A DNA stretch of 52,482 nt, from the IMG/VR virus record IMGVR_UViG_3300005253_000354, positions 1 through 52,482 of that record; one strand, given 5' to 3'. The translations under genes were made by a program, and so were the position numbers. Shown piece after piece: positions 1 through 10,060 of this stretch (its first letter is position 1; every line of letters begins with the position of its first letter). Origin of the DNA: a virus (taxonomy: Duplodnaviria > Caudoviricetes). The notes beneath the pieces are model-generated. The model had not been told where the DNA came from. It worked only from the letters and a program-made list of their open reading frames with translations, and did not search any database.

Positions 1-47
1 CAACACGCAACACCCTCGCGCAACACCCTCGCGCAACACTTGGCGCA
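1..47. repeat. Short tandem repeat GCAACACCCTCGC (2 exact copies at 7-19 and 20-32, plus partial copies)
   Basis: Read directly from the sequence; non-coding region upstream of the packaging genes. Confidence 0.8.
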
Positions 48-234
48 ATGTCCCTGTCCAGGCCGCAGGGGTTAGACGGCCCGAGCCCTCGGACCTGGCC
101 GGCTGTAATCGAATCGCCGCGCCAACTTGCGTCGCCTATTGCGGGCGACCGTTGTGCAACGCTTCCCGGATTGTTCCGGATTGTTCCGGGCGCTTTCCCG
201 GTTGCCGACGCCAACCTCGAGGGGTCACAGGTGG

Positions 235-1587
235 ATGACCGGCGCGCTGCGCATCGAATATCACTCCGTCGCGACGCTGGTTCCCTATGCTCGGAATGCG
301 CGGACGCATGACGACGCCCAGGTCGCGCAGATCGCGGCGTCCATCCAGGAGTTCGGCTGGACGAATCCGGTCCTGATCGATGGCGCCGGCGGAATTATTG
401 CGGGTCACGGGCGCGTTTTGGCGGCGCTTCTCCTGGGCATCGAGAAGATCCCGTGCATTCAGCTGGGGCACCTATCTGAGGCGCAACGGCGCGCCTATGC
501 TCTCGCCGACAATAAGATCGCGCTTAATGCCGGTTGGGACGAGGAAATGCTTGCCGCCGAGCTCGTGGACCTGGAGGCCTTCGGCTTCGATCTCGACTTG
601 ACCGGGTTCGCTGCCGAGGAGATCCTGGCGCTCACGGCATCGCAAGAGGCGAGCGAGGGTGAGACGCCCGCCGACGAGGCACCCGGGCCGCCGGCGTTTC
701 CTGTCGCTCGACCTGGCGATCTCTGGCTGCTGGGGCGTCATCGTGTCTTTTGTGGCGATGCGACGGTGCCGGCGCATGTCGCGCGGCTGCTCGGCCGGGC
801 CAAGCCGCACCTGATGGTCACCGATCCTCCCTATGGGGTCGAGTATGATCCAGGCTGGCGAAAGAAGGCGGGGATTAGCTCGGAGGATGCCGCCGTCGGG
901 AGTGTCAGCAATGATGATCGGGCGGATTGGCGACAGGCATGGGCGCTGTTCCCCGGCTCGGTCGCCTACGTTTGGCATGGTGGTCTCGCTGCGCCAGTGG
1001 TGTTTGACAGTCTCCGGGCTTGCGGCTTTGAGGCTCGGGCACAGATCGTTTGGATCAAGACCCGGCCGGTAATTTCGCGGGGTCACTACAACTGGCAGCA
1101 CGAGACCGCGGTCTATGCGCAAAAGCCCGACCAAGAGGACCGCTGGCGTTTTTCGCAGGAGCATGAGCTCTCGGCCTACGCCGTTAAGAAGGGCGAGACC
1201 GGCGCCTGGAATGGCGGGCATAAACAGTCGACGGTCTGGTTTATCGAGCACATGAAATCCGAGACCGGCCATGGGACTCAGAAGCCGGTCGAGTGCATGC
1301 GCCGTCCCATCGTCAACAATTCGACGCCGGGCGCCGAGGTCTACGACCCTTTCCTGGGAAGCGGAACCACCATCATCGCGGCCGAAATGGAAGGCCGGCG
1401 GTGCCTGGGGCTCGAGATCGATCCGGCCTATGTCGATGTCATCGTGCAACGCTGGCAGGACTTCGTCGCCGCGGCCGCGATGCTCGAGGGCGACGGCCGG
1501 ACCTTCGAGGAAGTGGCGATCGAAAGGCGGGCCGAGATTGAAACCGCAGAAGCCGGCGAACTCCGAATCCAAGAAATCGCTCAATGA
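235..1587 (+). CDS. ParB/Srx N-terminal domain fused to N4/N6 DNA methyltransferase
   Basis: LVPYARNARTH..FGWTNPVLID..IAGHGRV (ParB-N), TDPPYG (catalytic motif), HGTQKP and DPFLGSGTT (SAM binding); start moved to ATG 235. Confidence 0.9.
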   Translation: MTGALRIEYHSVATLVPYARNARTHDDAQVAQIAASIQEFGWTNPVLIDGAGGIIAGHGRVLAALLLGIEKIPCIQLGHLSEAQRRAYALADNKIALNAGWDEEMLAAELVDLEAFGFDLDLTGFAAEEILALTASQEASEGETPADEAPGPPAFPVARPGDLWLLGRHRVFCGDATVPAHVARLLGRAKPHLMVTDPPYGVEYDPGWRKKAGISSEDAAVGSVSNDDRADWRQAWALFPGSVAYVWHGGLAAPVVFDSLRACGFEARAQIVWIKTRPVISRGHYNWQHETAVYAQKPDQEDRWRFSQEHELSAYAVKKGETGAWNGGHKQSTVWFIEHMKSETGHGTQKPVECMRRPIVNNSTPGAEVYDPFLGSGTTIIAAEMEGRRCLGLEIDPAYVDVIVQRWQDFVAAAAMLEGDGRTFEEVAIERRAEIETAEAGELRIQEIAQ

Positions 1588-2293
1588 CCTGAGCTCTAGG
1601 GCTGCGGTCGCGACCAAGCGCCGGCCGAAAAAGGTCACGCGCCAGCTGGCGACGCCGGCGGCGCGCGATGCGATCGCCGGCCTCGAGAACGGGCTCGACG
1701 TTTTCGGGTTTACCAAGGGGCAGTTCTCTTTCGTCGACTTGCTCGACGCGGTGCTCGACCTGACCGGCCCGGCCACGCTGACGGTGGCCACCTGGACGGC
1801 CGCCTCTGCCGATGCGGCGTTCCTCGGCGGTTGGTGTGCGCAGGGAAGGATTCGCCAGTTTCGCCTGCTCATCGACTATTCGTTTCTGACGCGCAAGGGC
1901 GGGGCCGACGCGGTCGACGAGGTGATCCGGAATTTCGGGCCCGGCGCGGTCCGGGTCACGCGGACACATGCGAAATGGGGCCTGGTCATGGGCGCCGATG
2001 CCGAGATCGCGATCCTCACAAGCATGAATCTGAACAAGAATCCGCGTTTCGAGTATCTTCATTGCACCTGGGACCCGGCCGTCGTCGCGCTGCTCGCCGG
2101 CATCGCCGACGAGATTTGGCAAAGTCCGGAGCTCGCCGTGGCCGCCAAGATGCGACCCCAGGAACACAAGAACATCTTTGGTGGATTGGGTCCGGCCAAC
2201 GCGGGCCCGGCGGCGCCCGCCGGCGGGCTCAACGCGGAGCTCGAGGGGATGGATCTCGGGGATTTCGTCGAGGAGCTCGATTTTAATCTTTGA
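1538..2293 (+). CDS. Phospholipase D-like (single HxK motif) putative nuclease
   Basis: THAKWGLV followed by ILTSMNLNKNPRFE, resembling PLD HxK...(G)SxN; the TTG 1538 start is a guess. Confidence 0.6.
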   Translation: MKPQKPANSESKKSLNDLSSRAAVATKRRPKKVTRQLATPAARDAIAGLENGLDVFGFTKGQFSFVDLLDAVLDLTGPATLTVATWTAASADAAFLGGWCAQGRIRQFRLLIDYSFLTRKGGADAVDEVIRNFGPGAVRVTRTHAKWGLVMGADAEIAILTSMNLNKNPRFEYLHCTWDPAVVALLAGIADEIWQSPELAVAAKMRPQEHKNIFGGLGPANAGPAAPAGGLNAELEGMDLGDFVEELDFNL

Positions 2294-2424
2294 TGGTTTG
2301 AAGGCGCCGGACGCGCCGTAGTTCGAGGCGCCGAGGGGCGGGAAAAAGCCCGGCGGCGGGCGTACACGCCGGGCCGCCCCGCTCCGGATATTTCCTGGCC
2401 CCGGGAACCGACGCGAGTGCGTCA

Positions 2425-2460
2425 AGCGGTCCTTACGCAGACAGCGGGGGGGGTCAACAG
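2425..2460. other. Possible cos/packaging-initiation region
   Basis: GGTCCTT...G-run just upstream of the terminase small subunit gene of a lambda GpA-type terminase; positional inference only. Confidence 0.2.
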
Positions 2461-2476
2461 ACGAGGCTGTGTCGCC

Positions 2477-3130
2477 ATGAGCATCGAGACGCCGATCGCC
2501 GACACGGCTGCGGAGATCGTGGGCGTCCGAGCGGCTGCGCGCGCTCTGGATATCAACCCCTCGACGGTCAGTCGCTACCTCAAAGACTTCCCGGAGCTCA
2601 ACCAGGGCGACGAGGTCGGCCCGAAGGTCGACCCCGAGGCGCTGCGCCGACACCGGTTGGCGAACATCAACCAGGCGCGTTCGGGGAGTCACGGCGGACG
2701 GCTGTTGGGTGAGAGTGCGCCGGCGCCCGCCGGCGAGGATCTGGCACCCGCCGGCGGCGGCGATGCAACGGTCACGAACAAGGCGAGAAAGGAAGCCGAG
2801 GCGCCGAGCTATGCGGTGGCGAAAGCGGTCCGCGAGACGGTGCTCGCCCAGCGGGCGCGGATCGATCTCGACGAAAAACGCGGTCTCTTGGTCGTGCGCC
2901 AAGAGATCGAGGACGCGATCTTCGAGGCCGGGACCGTCCTGCAGCGCGAGCTCCTCGAGCTCGGCTCGCAGTTGTCCGACCGTCTGGCTGCGATGGACTC
3001 TCCGCGGGAGATCGCGCTCTTGCTTGAGGGCGAGCACCGCCGCGTCCTGGCCGGCCTGGCGGCCACCCTTCGGGCGTCCGCCCGGTCGGACGAGGCGCAG
3101 GATAAAGCCATTGCGTTCGCCGAGGTCTAA
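2477..3130 (+). CDS. terS: Terminase small subunit (Nu1-like)
   Basis: N-terminal HTH (VRAAARALDINPSTVSRY), coiled coil with EKRGLLV motif, overlaps the large subunit. Confidence 0.8.
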   Translation: MSIETPIADTAAEIVGVRAAARALDINPSTVSRYLKDFPELNQGDEVGPKVDPEALRRHRLANINQARSGSHGGRLLGESAPAPAGEDLAPAGGGDATVTNKARKEAEAPSYAVAKAVRETVLAQRARIDLDEKRGLLVVRQEIEDAIFEAGTVLQRELLELGSQLSDRLAAMDSPREIALLLEGEHRRVLAGLAATLRASARSDEAQDKAIAFAEV

Positions 3131-5195
3131 GGCTTGGGCCGGCATCGTCGCCGGCGGTGCCGTCTTCGCCCGCGTCTTCGCGCCGGCGATCGACCCGCCG
3201 CCGGTGCTGAGCGTCGCCGAGTGGGCCGAGGCCAGCCGGATCGTGTCGCCGGAAAGCGGATCACCCTATCCCGGCGAGTGGAAGAACGACCTTGTTCCCT
3301 ACGCTGTCGAGCCGATGGAGTGTCTCTCGTTCAAGGATCCATGTCGCGACGTAATCTTCAAGAAGAGTCACCAGATCGGCGGCACCGAGATCGGAGTCAA
3401 CCTGTTCGGCTATTTGGTCGATCGACAGCCCTGTCCCGTCGTCATCGTGCTTCCGACGATCGACGAGGCGGTCAAGTACGACCGAGTCAAACTGACGCCG
3501 ACGATCGAAACGACGCCGGCGCTACGCTCCAAGGTGCGCGCGCAACGGAGCCGGGACGAGTCCGGCTCGACCATGGCTTTCAAGCGGTTCGCCGGCGGGT
3601 TCGCCCAGCTGGTCGGGGCGAATAGTTCGGTCGGGCTGCAGATGATCTCCGCGCGCGTTCTTATCGCCGAGGAGATCTCGGGCTGGCCGCAGGACGCCGG
3701 CAACCGCGGGGATCCGCTGGCCCAAGTCGAGAAGCGCTTGACCGCGTGGTCGCTCCGCGGCCAGAAGCGCTATTATTCGTCGACGCCGGACCTCACGGGC
3801 AGCTGTCGGATCTCGGCGAAATATGAGCGATCCGATCAGCGCCGCTATTATGTTCCCTGCCCTCAGTGCGGCACGTTCCAGACTCTCCGGTTTGAAAATC
3901 TCAAATGGAAGAAGAAGCGCCCGCCGTTCGGCGCCCATTTCGTCTGCGCCGCCAATGGCTGCGTGATCGAGCACCACGACAAGCGCGCCATGGTCGCGGC
4001 CGGGGCATGGGTGAAGACTTACGTCGACGATGACGAGGACGGCGAGGCGACGGACGTGCCGGGCCCGGTTATCGAGCCGAAAGACCTCGAGCGCTATCGA
4101 GCGCGCGCCAGCAACGGCCGGCAACCGGGCTTTGCGATCTGGCAAGCGTACAGTCCCTTTACCGATTGGGACGAGATCGTCGCCGAGCGCCTCGAGTCGA
4201 AGGGCGACCCCTTCAAGGAAAAGACCTTCACGCAGCAAGTCCTCGGCGAGCCATACGAGGAGAGCGGCGAGGCGCCGGACTTCGAGAAGCTGGTGGCGCG
4301 CGTCGAGCCCTATCCGCTCGGCAAGATACCGCCCGGCGGCCTGGTGCTGACCGGCATGGCCGACGTCCAGATCAACCGCATCGAATATGGCATCTACGCC
4401 TGGGGCATCGGCATGACCGCCTGGCTGGTCGACAAGGGCGTGATCCTGGGCGACCCGGCGCAAGTCGAGACCTGGGCCGGGCTCGACAAGGTGGTGGCGC
4501 GCGAATACGAGGACTGGCAGGGCCGCCGCTGGCCGGTCGAGGCCTTCGGGGTCGACGCCGGGTATCTCTCCAACATGGTCTATCTGTTCTGCCGCAAGCG
4601 CGAGCGGGTCTACGCGCTCGACGGCCGCGGCGGCCACCTGCACCCGCCGATCGGCACGCCCAAGCGCATGAGCGTGTCGTTTCGCGGCAAGCGCCTCGCG
4701 CGCGGCGTCATGCTCTGGCCGACCGGTACCTGGTCGCTGAAATCCTGGCTCTATGCCGCCGCGCGCAAGACCATCGAGGGGCCGGACGAGGACGGCAACT
4801 GGCCGCTCGGCTGCCTGCACTACCCGGACGCCTGCGACCTGGAATTCTTCAAGCAACTGACCGCTGAATACATCGTGCAGGTCGAGGTCAAGGGCGGTCT
4901 GCGCCGCGAGTGGCGCAAGATCAAGGGCCAGGCCAACGAGCAGCTGGACATCTTCGTCGGCGCCCGGGCCCTGGCCGCGCACCTGCGCCTCGACAACCTG
5001 AGCCGTGAGGACTGGGCCCGCATCGCGCAGGAGCGCGGCGCGCCGCCGGACCAGGTCCAGCGCGACCTGGCCGAACTCTGGGCACCGACGCCGGTGGCCG
5101 CGGCCGCCAAGGCTGGCGAGAAGACGCCCGCACCCGAACCCGGCCGCGACCCGGCGGACGCCGCCACCTCCACGCGCTCGCGCTGGATGAACTGA
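3111..5195 (+). CDS. terL: Terminase large subunit, lambda GpA family
   Basis: KSHQIGGTE Walker A, LIAEEIS Walker B, SSTP, SDQRRYYVPCPQCG, C-terminal nuclease (ADVQ, VDAG); TTG 3111 start estimated. Confidence 0.95.
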   Translation: MRSPRSKAWAGIVAGGAVFARVFAPAIDPPPVLSVAEWAEASRIVSPESGSPYPGEWKNDLVPYAVEPMECLSFKDPCRDVIFKKSHQIGGTEIGVNLFGYLVDRQPCPVVIVLPTIDEAVKYDRVKLTPTIETTPALRSKVRAQRSRDESGSTMAFKRFAGGFAQLVGANSSVGLQMISARVLIAEEISGWPQDAGNRGDPLAQVEKRLTAWSLRGQKRYYSSTPDLTGSCRISAKYERSDQRRYYVPCPQCGTFQTLRFENLKWKKKRPPFGAHFVCAANGCVIEHHDKRAMVAAGAWVKTYVDDDEDGEATDVPGPVIEPKDLERYRARASNGRQPGFAIWQAYSPFTDWDEIVAERLESKGDPFKEKTFTQQVLGEPYEESGEAPDFEKLVARVEPYPLGKIPPGGLVLTGMADVQINRIEYGIYAWGIGMTAWLVDKGVILGDPAQVETWAGLDKVVAREYEDWQGRRWPVEAFGVDAGYLSNMVYLFCRKRERVYALDGRGGHLHPPIGTPKRMSVSFRGKRLARGVMLWPTGTWSLKSWLYAAARKTIEGPDEDGNWPLGCLHYPDACDLEFFKQLTAEYIVQVEVKGGLRREWRKIKGQANEQLDIFVGARALAAHLRLDNLSREDWARIAQERGAPPDQVQRDLAELWAPTPVAAAAKAGEKTPAPEPGRDPADAATSTRSRWMN

Positions 5196-5206
5196 GGGGG
5201 GAGCTC

Positions 5207-5422
5207 ATGGCGACTCTGGCCCAACTCAAGACCCGTCGCGACGATCTCCAGGCGGCGCTCGATTCGGGCGTGCTGTCGTTGCGCGAGGGCGACAAGCAGG
5301 TGACCTACCGCACCGCCGAGGAAATGGCGCGCCGGCTCGAAGCGCTGGCCCGAGAGATCGCCGAGCTCGAGGGCACGGAGACCACCAAGGGCATCTATCC
5401 GCAACTCAACAAGGGCTGGTGA
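5207..5422 (+). CDS. Head completion protein gpW-like
   Basis: 71 aa between terminase and portal, GVLSLREGDKQVTYRT pattern. Confidence 0.85.
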   Translation: MATLAQLKTRRDDLQAALDSGVLSLREGDKQVTYRTAEEMARRLEALAREIAELEGTETTKGIYPQLNKGW

Positions 5423-6999
5423 TGAACCCCAACTGCTACATCGGGCGGGTCACGTTCAAGCCCGGATTCCAACCAGGCGCCAGTGCCTCCAAGCCGCTTC
5501 CGGCCTACGACGCGGGCGCCGGCACCAGCCGGCGGCAGAGCAGCTGGCTGGCCACGTCGTCGGGCGTCAACACGGCGCTGATCGGCCACGTCGCCACGCT
5601 GCGCAACCGCGCGCGCGACCAGATCCGCAAGAACCCCTGGGCCGGCCAGATCATCAGTTCTTTCGTCGCCAACGCGATCGGGACCGGCATCAAGCCGAAG
5701 TCCAAACACCCCAGAGAGGCGGTGCGCGAGACCCTGCATGCGGCCTGGCTCGACTGGACCGATGAGTCGGACACGGAAGGCGTGGGCAATTTCTACGCGC
5801 AACAGGCGCTGGTCGTGCGTGGGCTCTTCGAATCCGGCGAGACCTTCGTCCGGCTCCGCCCGCGCCGCCTGGGTGAGGGGCCGGAGGTGCCGCTACAGCT
5901 TCAGGTCATCGAGGCCGACCACGTCCCGCTATTCGAGAACCGCTTGCTTCCGGGACGGAACATCGTCATCGCCGGCGTCGAGTTCGACGCCCAGGGCCGC
6001 CGCGTCGCGTACCATATGTATCGGGAGCACCCGGGCGAGTTCCTCAGCGCACGGCCGCGCGGCCTGGAGCTCGAGCGGGTGCCGGCGGCCGAGATCCTGC
6101 ACGTCTTCGAGCGCCAGCGTCCGGGCCAGGTGCGCGGCGCGCCGCGCCTCGCCGCCGTGCTCGCGCGTCTCCATGACCTCGACCAGTATGAGGACGCCGA
6201 GCTGGTGCGCAAAAAAGTGACGGCGCTGTTCGCCGGCTTCATCACGCCGGGGCTGGACGTCGACCACGTCCCGCTGGTGGAGCGCGCGCCCGACAAGGAT
6301 GGCTGGGAGGCTCCGGCGTTTGAGCCCGGCTTGATGTCGATACTGCCCGCCGGGTCCGAGATCACGTTCGCCGCCCCGGCGGAAGTCGGCACGACCTACG
6401 ATCCCTTCATGAAGTGGAACTTGCGCGCGGCCGCCGCCGGCGCCGGGGTCACCTACGAACAGGCGACCGGCGATCTCTCGGACGTCAACTTCTCCTCGAT
6501 CCGCGCCGGCCTCCTGGAATTCCGCCGCGGTATCGAGCAGTTCCAGCAGGCCACGCCGGTCCGCCAACTCAACCGCCCGGTCTGGCGGCTCTGGCTCGAA
6601 CAGGCGGCGCTCGCGGGCGTCATCGACGCCAGCGACTTCCTGGCCGACCGCGGCGCCTATCAGCGGGTCCAGTGGATCGGCCAGGGCTGGCAATGGGTCG
6701 ACCCGGAGAAGGAACAGAAAGCCGCGGTCCGCGAGATCCGCGCCGGCATGACCAGCCGGGCGCGGGTCATCGCCGCGCGCGGTGACGACATCGAGGAGAT
6801 CGACCGCGAGATTGCCGAGGACAAGAAACGCGGCGACGGCCTCGGCCTGGTGCTCGATTCCGATCCGAGTGCGGTCAGCCTGACCGGCGCGACCCAAGCC
6901 AAGCCTGCGGGCTCGGCGCTGCCCGATCCGACCGAGGAAGCCGCCGTCCTCAACCCGCCGGAAGACGCGCCCGAGGAAAAGGAAGGTGAGGAAGAATGA
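5422..6999 (+). CDS. Portal protein, lambda family
   Basis: LRNRARDQIRKN, RPGQVRGAP, GDLSDVNFSSIRAG, WVDPEKE. Confidence 0.95.
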   Translation: MNPNCYIGRVTFKPGFQPGASASKPLPAYDAGAGTSRRQSSWLATSSGVNTALIGHVATLRNRARDQIRKNPWAGQIISSFVANAIGTGIKPKSKHPREAVRETLHAAWLDWTDESDTEGVGNFYAQQALVVRGLFESGETFVRLRPRRLGEGPEVPLQLQVIEADHVPLFENRLLPGRNIVIAGVEFDAQGRRVAYHMYREHPGEFLSARPRGLELERVPAAEILHVFERQRPGQVRGAPRLAAVLARLHDLDQYEDAELVRKKVTALFAGFITPGLDVDHVPLVERAPDKDGWEAPAFEPGLMSILPAGSEITFAAPAEVGTTYDPFMKWNLRAAAAGAGVTYEQATGDLSDVNFSSIRAGLLEFRRGIEQFQQATPVRQLNRPVWRLWLEQAALAGVIDASDFLADRGAYQRVQWIGQGWQWVDPEKEQKAAVREIRAGMTSRARVIAARGDDIEEIDREIAEDKKRGDGLGLVLDSDPSAVSLTGATQAKPAGSALPDPTEEAAVLNPPEDAPEEKEGEEE

Positions 7000-7928
7000 C
7001 CCACCTTCCGTTCTGGTCGCGGCGCCTGCTTGGCAAGCCGCATCTTATCAGCGAACGCGGCGCGTTGGCCGTGCTCGGCGCGATCGCGCCGCGCCTCGGC
7101 ATCGCGCGGGTCCTGGACGCATCCGGCGTGGCGCTCGACCTTGCCGCGCCGCTCTCGCCGCCGGCGGCTGCGTTTGACGACCACGAGTGCGATGGCAGCG
7201 AGCGAGGCGGCCGACTGTTCGCTTTCGACGAGTCGACGGGCATCGCGCACATTCCCATCGAAGGCGAATTGGTGCACCGCTTCGGCCACCTGAACCCGCA
7301 CTCGGGCATGACCGGCTACAACGCGATCAAGCTCAAGGTGCTCGCCGCCGCCGAAGACCCGGCGGTGAAGGGCACCCTGCTCGACTTCGATTCCCCGGGC
7401 GGCGAGGTCTTCGGCGCCGACGGCGCCGCCGAGGCGATCTTCCTGGCGCGCGAGGCGAAACCGATCTGGGCCCTGGTCAACGAGATGGCGACCAGCGCCG
7501 CCTACTGGCTGGCGTCCGCTGCGAACGTGGTGATCGCGCCGCCGACCGCCGACACCGGCTCGATCGGCGTCGTCATGGTGCACGTCGATATGTCCCGCGC
7601 CCTCGACATCGAGGGGCTGACGGTGACGTTGATCCATGCCGGCGCCCACAAGGTCGACGGCCACCCCTTCGAGCCCTTGCCCGAGGGCGTGGAGGCGGGA
7701 TTCCAAGCCGAAGTCGACGAGATCCGCAACCTGTTCGCGGGCAAGGTAGCGCGCAACCGCGGGATGACCGCGGCCGCGGTGCTTGATACCGAGGCCCGCG
7801 TCTTCATGGGCGCGGCGGGCGAGACCGCCGGGCTGATCGATGCGGTCGCCTCCGAGGACGAAGTTATCGACGAATTCGCGGCGCGCCTGGCGCGCGCGGA
7901 GACTGTGGCCCTGCTCCCCACGGGCTGA
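6996..7928 (+). CDS. Head maturation protease, S49 family
   Basis: DSPGGEV, SAAYWLASAA, GSIGVV, AGAHKVDG. Confidence 0.93.
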   Translation: MTHLPFWSRRLLGKPHLISERGALAVLGAIAPRLGIARVLDASGVALDLAAPLSPPAAAFDDHECDGSERGGRLFAFDESTGIAHIPIEGELVHRFGHLNPHSGMTGYNAIKLKVLAAAEDPAVKGTLLDFDSPGGEVFGADGAAEAIFLAREAKPIWALVNEMATSAAYWLASAANVVIAPPTADTGSIGVVMVHVDMSRALDIEGLTVTLIHAGAHKVDGHPFEPLPEGVEAGFQAEVDEIRNLFAGKVARNRGMTAAAVLDTEARVFMGAAGETAGLIDAVASEDEVIDEFAARLARAETVALLPTG

Positions 7929-7951
7929 ACCCGAAAACGAAAGGAAGCACG

Positions 7952-8455
7952 ATGCGAAACCCACTCGCAGGGATCGGCCTGCGCGGCAAGCGGGCCGACG
8001 ATGACGACGCCAAGGCCGAGGAAGACGAAGACGAGATGAAGGCCGCCGCCGAAGCCGAGGCCGCCGAAGCCGAGGCTGCGAAGGCGCAGGAGGAAGACGA
8101 GGACGAGGACGACGAGGACGACGACGACGAGGACGAGCCGTTCTCCAAGAAAGACGCCCGGCGTCTGGCCGCCAAGGCGGAGCGCAAGGCGGCGCGCGAA
8201 TTGCGCGGCTACGCCCGCGAGGTGGCCGACCTCTGCACGCTTGCCGGCAAGGCGGAACTGGCGGCCGAGTTCATCGCCAAGAACGTCTCCGTCGCCGACG
8301 TGCGCAAGACGCTGCTCGGGCAGCGCGCCAGCGCCTCCTCGGCCGCCGAGATCGCCGGGCACACCGGCCCGGATTCGGGTCGCACCACGGCGGCGCTGTG
8401 GGACAAGGCCGTGGCGCGCACCAACGCGCGTTTCTCACCCGGGACCCCGGCGTAA
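7952..8455 (+). CDS. Acidic scaffolding-like protein
   Basis: Poly-D/E tract, helical C-terminus, between protease and decoration protein. Confidence 0.65.
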   Translation: MRNPLAGIGLRGKRADDDDAKAEEDEDEMKAAAEAEAAEAEAAKAQEEDEDEDDEDDDDEDEPFSKKDARRLAAKAERKAARELRGYAREVADLCTLAGKAELAAEFIAKNVSVADVRKTLLGQRASASSAAEIAGHTGPDSGRTTAALWDKAVARTNARFSPGTPA

Positions 8456-8476
8456 CCCGACCCCTTTTGCGTAATC

Positions 8477-8506
8477 CAAGCCCCGCGCGAGATCGCGCGG
8501 GGCTTG
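8477..8506. promoter_or_regulatory. Perfect 13-bp hairpin CAAGCCCCGCGCG-AGAT-CGCGCGGGGCTTG upstream of the decoration/capsid genes
   Basis: Inverted repeat seen directly, no U-tract; possible mRNA stabiliser or processing site. Confidence 0.6.
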
Positions 8507-8522
8507 AATCGGAGGAACCATC

Positions 8523-8909
8523 ATGCTCGTTAAAACCGAAGCCCGCCACACGGCGGAATTCATCCTGTCCGAGGGACCGGGCGGTATCTCGCGCGACAAC
8601 GGCACCGTCCTCAAGGGGCAGAAGCTCAAGGTCGGCGAGGTCGTCCAGAAGGACGGCGCCGGCAAGCTGATCGCCGCCGACGGCAACCTGACGTCCGCCG
8701 GCGACGTTCAGACCGAGGTTGCCGGCATCGTGATCGACGCGATCGACGCGAGCGCCACCGGAGCGGACGCGGATGTCGCGGCCGCGTACATCGCGCGCCT
8801 CGCGGAGGTCAACAACAACCTCCTGACCTATCCGGCCGAATCGACGGCCGGCGGGGAGAAGGCGGCGGTCAACGCCAGCCTCGCCAAGCTCTTCATCATC
8901 GCGCGCTAG
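8523..8909 (+). CDS. Head decoration protein (gpD-like)
   Basis: EFILSE..SRDNGTV..ARLAEVN pattern, directly before the capsid gene. Confidence 0.85.
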   Translation: MLVKTEARHTAEFILSEGPGGISRDNGTVLKGQKLKVGEVVQKDGAGKLIAADGNLTSAGDVQTEVAGIVIDAIDASATGADADVAAAYIARLAEVNNNLLTYPAESTAGGEKAAVNASLAKLFIIAR

Positions 8910-8969
8910 CTCGACACCGCGCGCCAAGTGTCCCCCGGCGTCGGCCGGCGAGAAACGGAGTAAGGAATC

Positions 8970-9986
8970 ATGCTCGACATCTTCACGGACGACGCCTTCA
9001 GCCTCGTCCCACTGACGGACGCAATCAACAAGCTCAAGTTCGTTCCCGGCCTGATCGGGAGCATGAACTTGTTCGTGGAGAGCGGCGTTCCGGCGACCTC
9101 TATCGCGCTCGAGGAGCGCGATGGCATCCTGGTCCTGGTCGCGCCCACCCCGCGCGGCGGCCCGGGTACGACGATCGACAAGCGCAAGCGGAACTTACGC
9201 AGCGTGGTGGTCCCGCATTTCGAGATCGACGACGCGATCATGGCCGAGGAGGTCCAGGGCGTGCGCCAATGGGGGTCCGAAACCGCGCTCGAGTCGGTCA
9301 TGGGCCAGGTCTCGGAGCGTGTCGCGGTCCACTCGCAGTCGCTCGAGGCGACCCAGGAGTTCTCGCGCATCGGCGCAGTCAAGGGGATCGTCACCTACGC
9401 CGACAATACGACGCTGAACCTGTTCGAGCTGTTCGGCGTGACCCAGGAAACCGAGATCAACTTCGATCTGGACAACGCGAGTCCCGCCGCGGGCGCGCTG
9501 CGCAGGGCCTGCGGCAAAGTCATCCGGCAGATCGCGGGCATCCTCGAGGGCGTACCGTTCACCGGCGTTCACGCCTTCACCGGCGACAATTTCTACGACG
9601 ACTTGATCGCGAACACGGAGGTGCGCGAGACGTTCCTGCGTCAAACAGAGGCCAAGGAGCTGCGGACCGGCTACGTCGACGGCGGGCAGTCGTTCGGGTC
9701 CTTCGAGTTCGGCGGGATCGTCTGGCAGAACTATCGCGGCAAGGTCGGCACGACGGACTTCGTCGACACCGACAAGGCGCACATCTTCCCGGTCGGCGTG
9801 CCCAACTTGTTTCGGACCTACTTCGCGCCGGCGGATTACGTCGAGACGGTGAACACGCTCGGCCGCCGGCTCACGGCCAAGCAGTTCCCGATGCCGAACG
9901 ACAAGGGCGTCGAGCTCGAAGTGCAGATGAACACGCTCAATCTCTGCACGCGGCCGCAGTCCCTGGTCCCGGGCAAGCGTACCTGA
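8970..9986 (+). CDS. Major capsid protein (lambda gpE-like)
   Basis: DIFTDDAFSL..LTDAIN, PRGGPG, TYFAPAD, EVQMNTLNLCTRP. Confidence 0.95.
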   Translation: MLDIFTDDAFSLVPLTDAINKLKFVPGLIGSMNLFVESGVPATSIALEERDGILVLVAPTPRGGPGTTIDKRKRNLRSVVVPHFEIDDAIMAEEVQGVRQWGSETALESVMGQVSERVAVHSQSLEATQEFSRIGAVKGIVTYADNTTLNLFELFGVTQETEINFDLDNASPAAGALRRACGKVIRQIAGILEGVPFTGVHAFTGDNFYDDLIANTEVRETFLRQTEAKELRTGYVDGGQSFGSFEFGGIVWQNYRGKVGTTDFVDTDKAHIFPVGVPNLFRTYFAPADYVETVNTLGRRLTAKQFPMPNDKGVELEVQMNTLNLCTRPQSLVPGKRT

Positions 9987-10010
9987 TCGGCCTAGCGATC
10001 ACGGTGACCG

Positions 10011-10047
10011 ATGCCGAGGGGCCCCGCCGGGGCCCCTTCGGCATTTG
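10011..10047 (+). terminator. Hairpin terminator or attenuator after the capsid gene
   Basis: ATGCCGAGGGGCCCC-GCC-GGGGCCCCTTCGGCAT followed by a short T-run. Confidence 0.6.
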
Positions 10048-10060
10048 ACCCGAAGGCACC

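Noticed and set aside
2709-3110. N-terminal extensions in the ORF track (also those starting at 127, 47248, 49947 and 36344)
   Set aside because: They overlap other genes or promoters and lack RBS or family similarity; downstream starts were chosen
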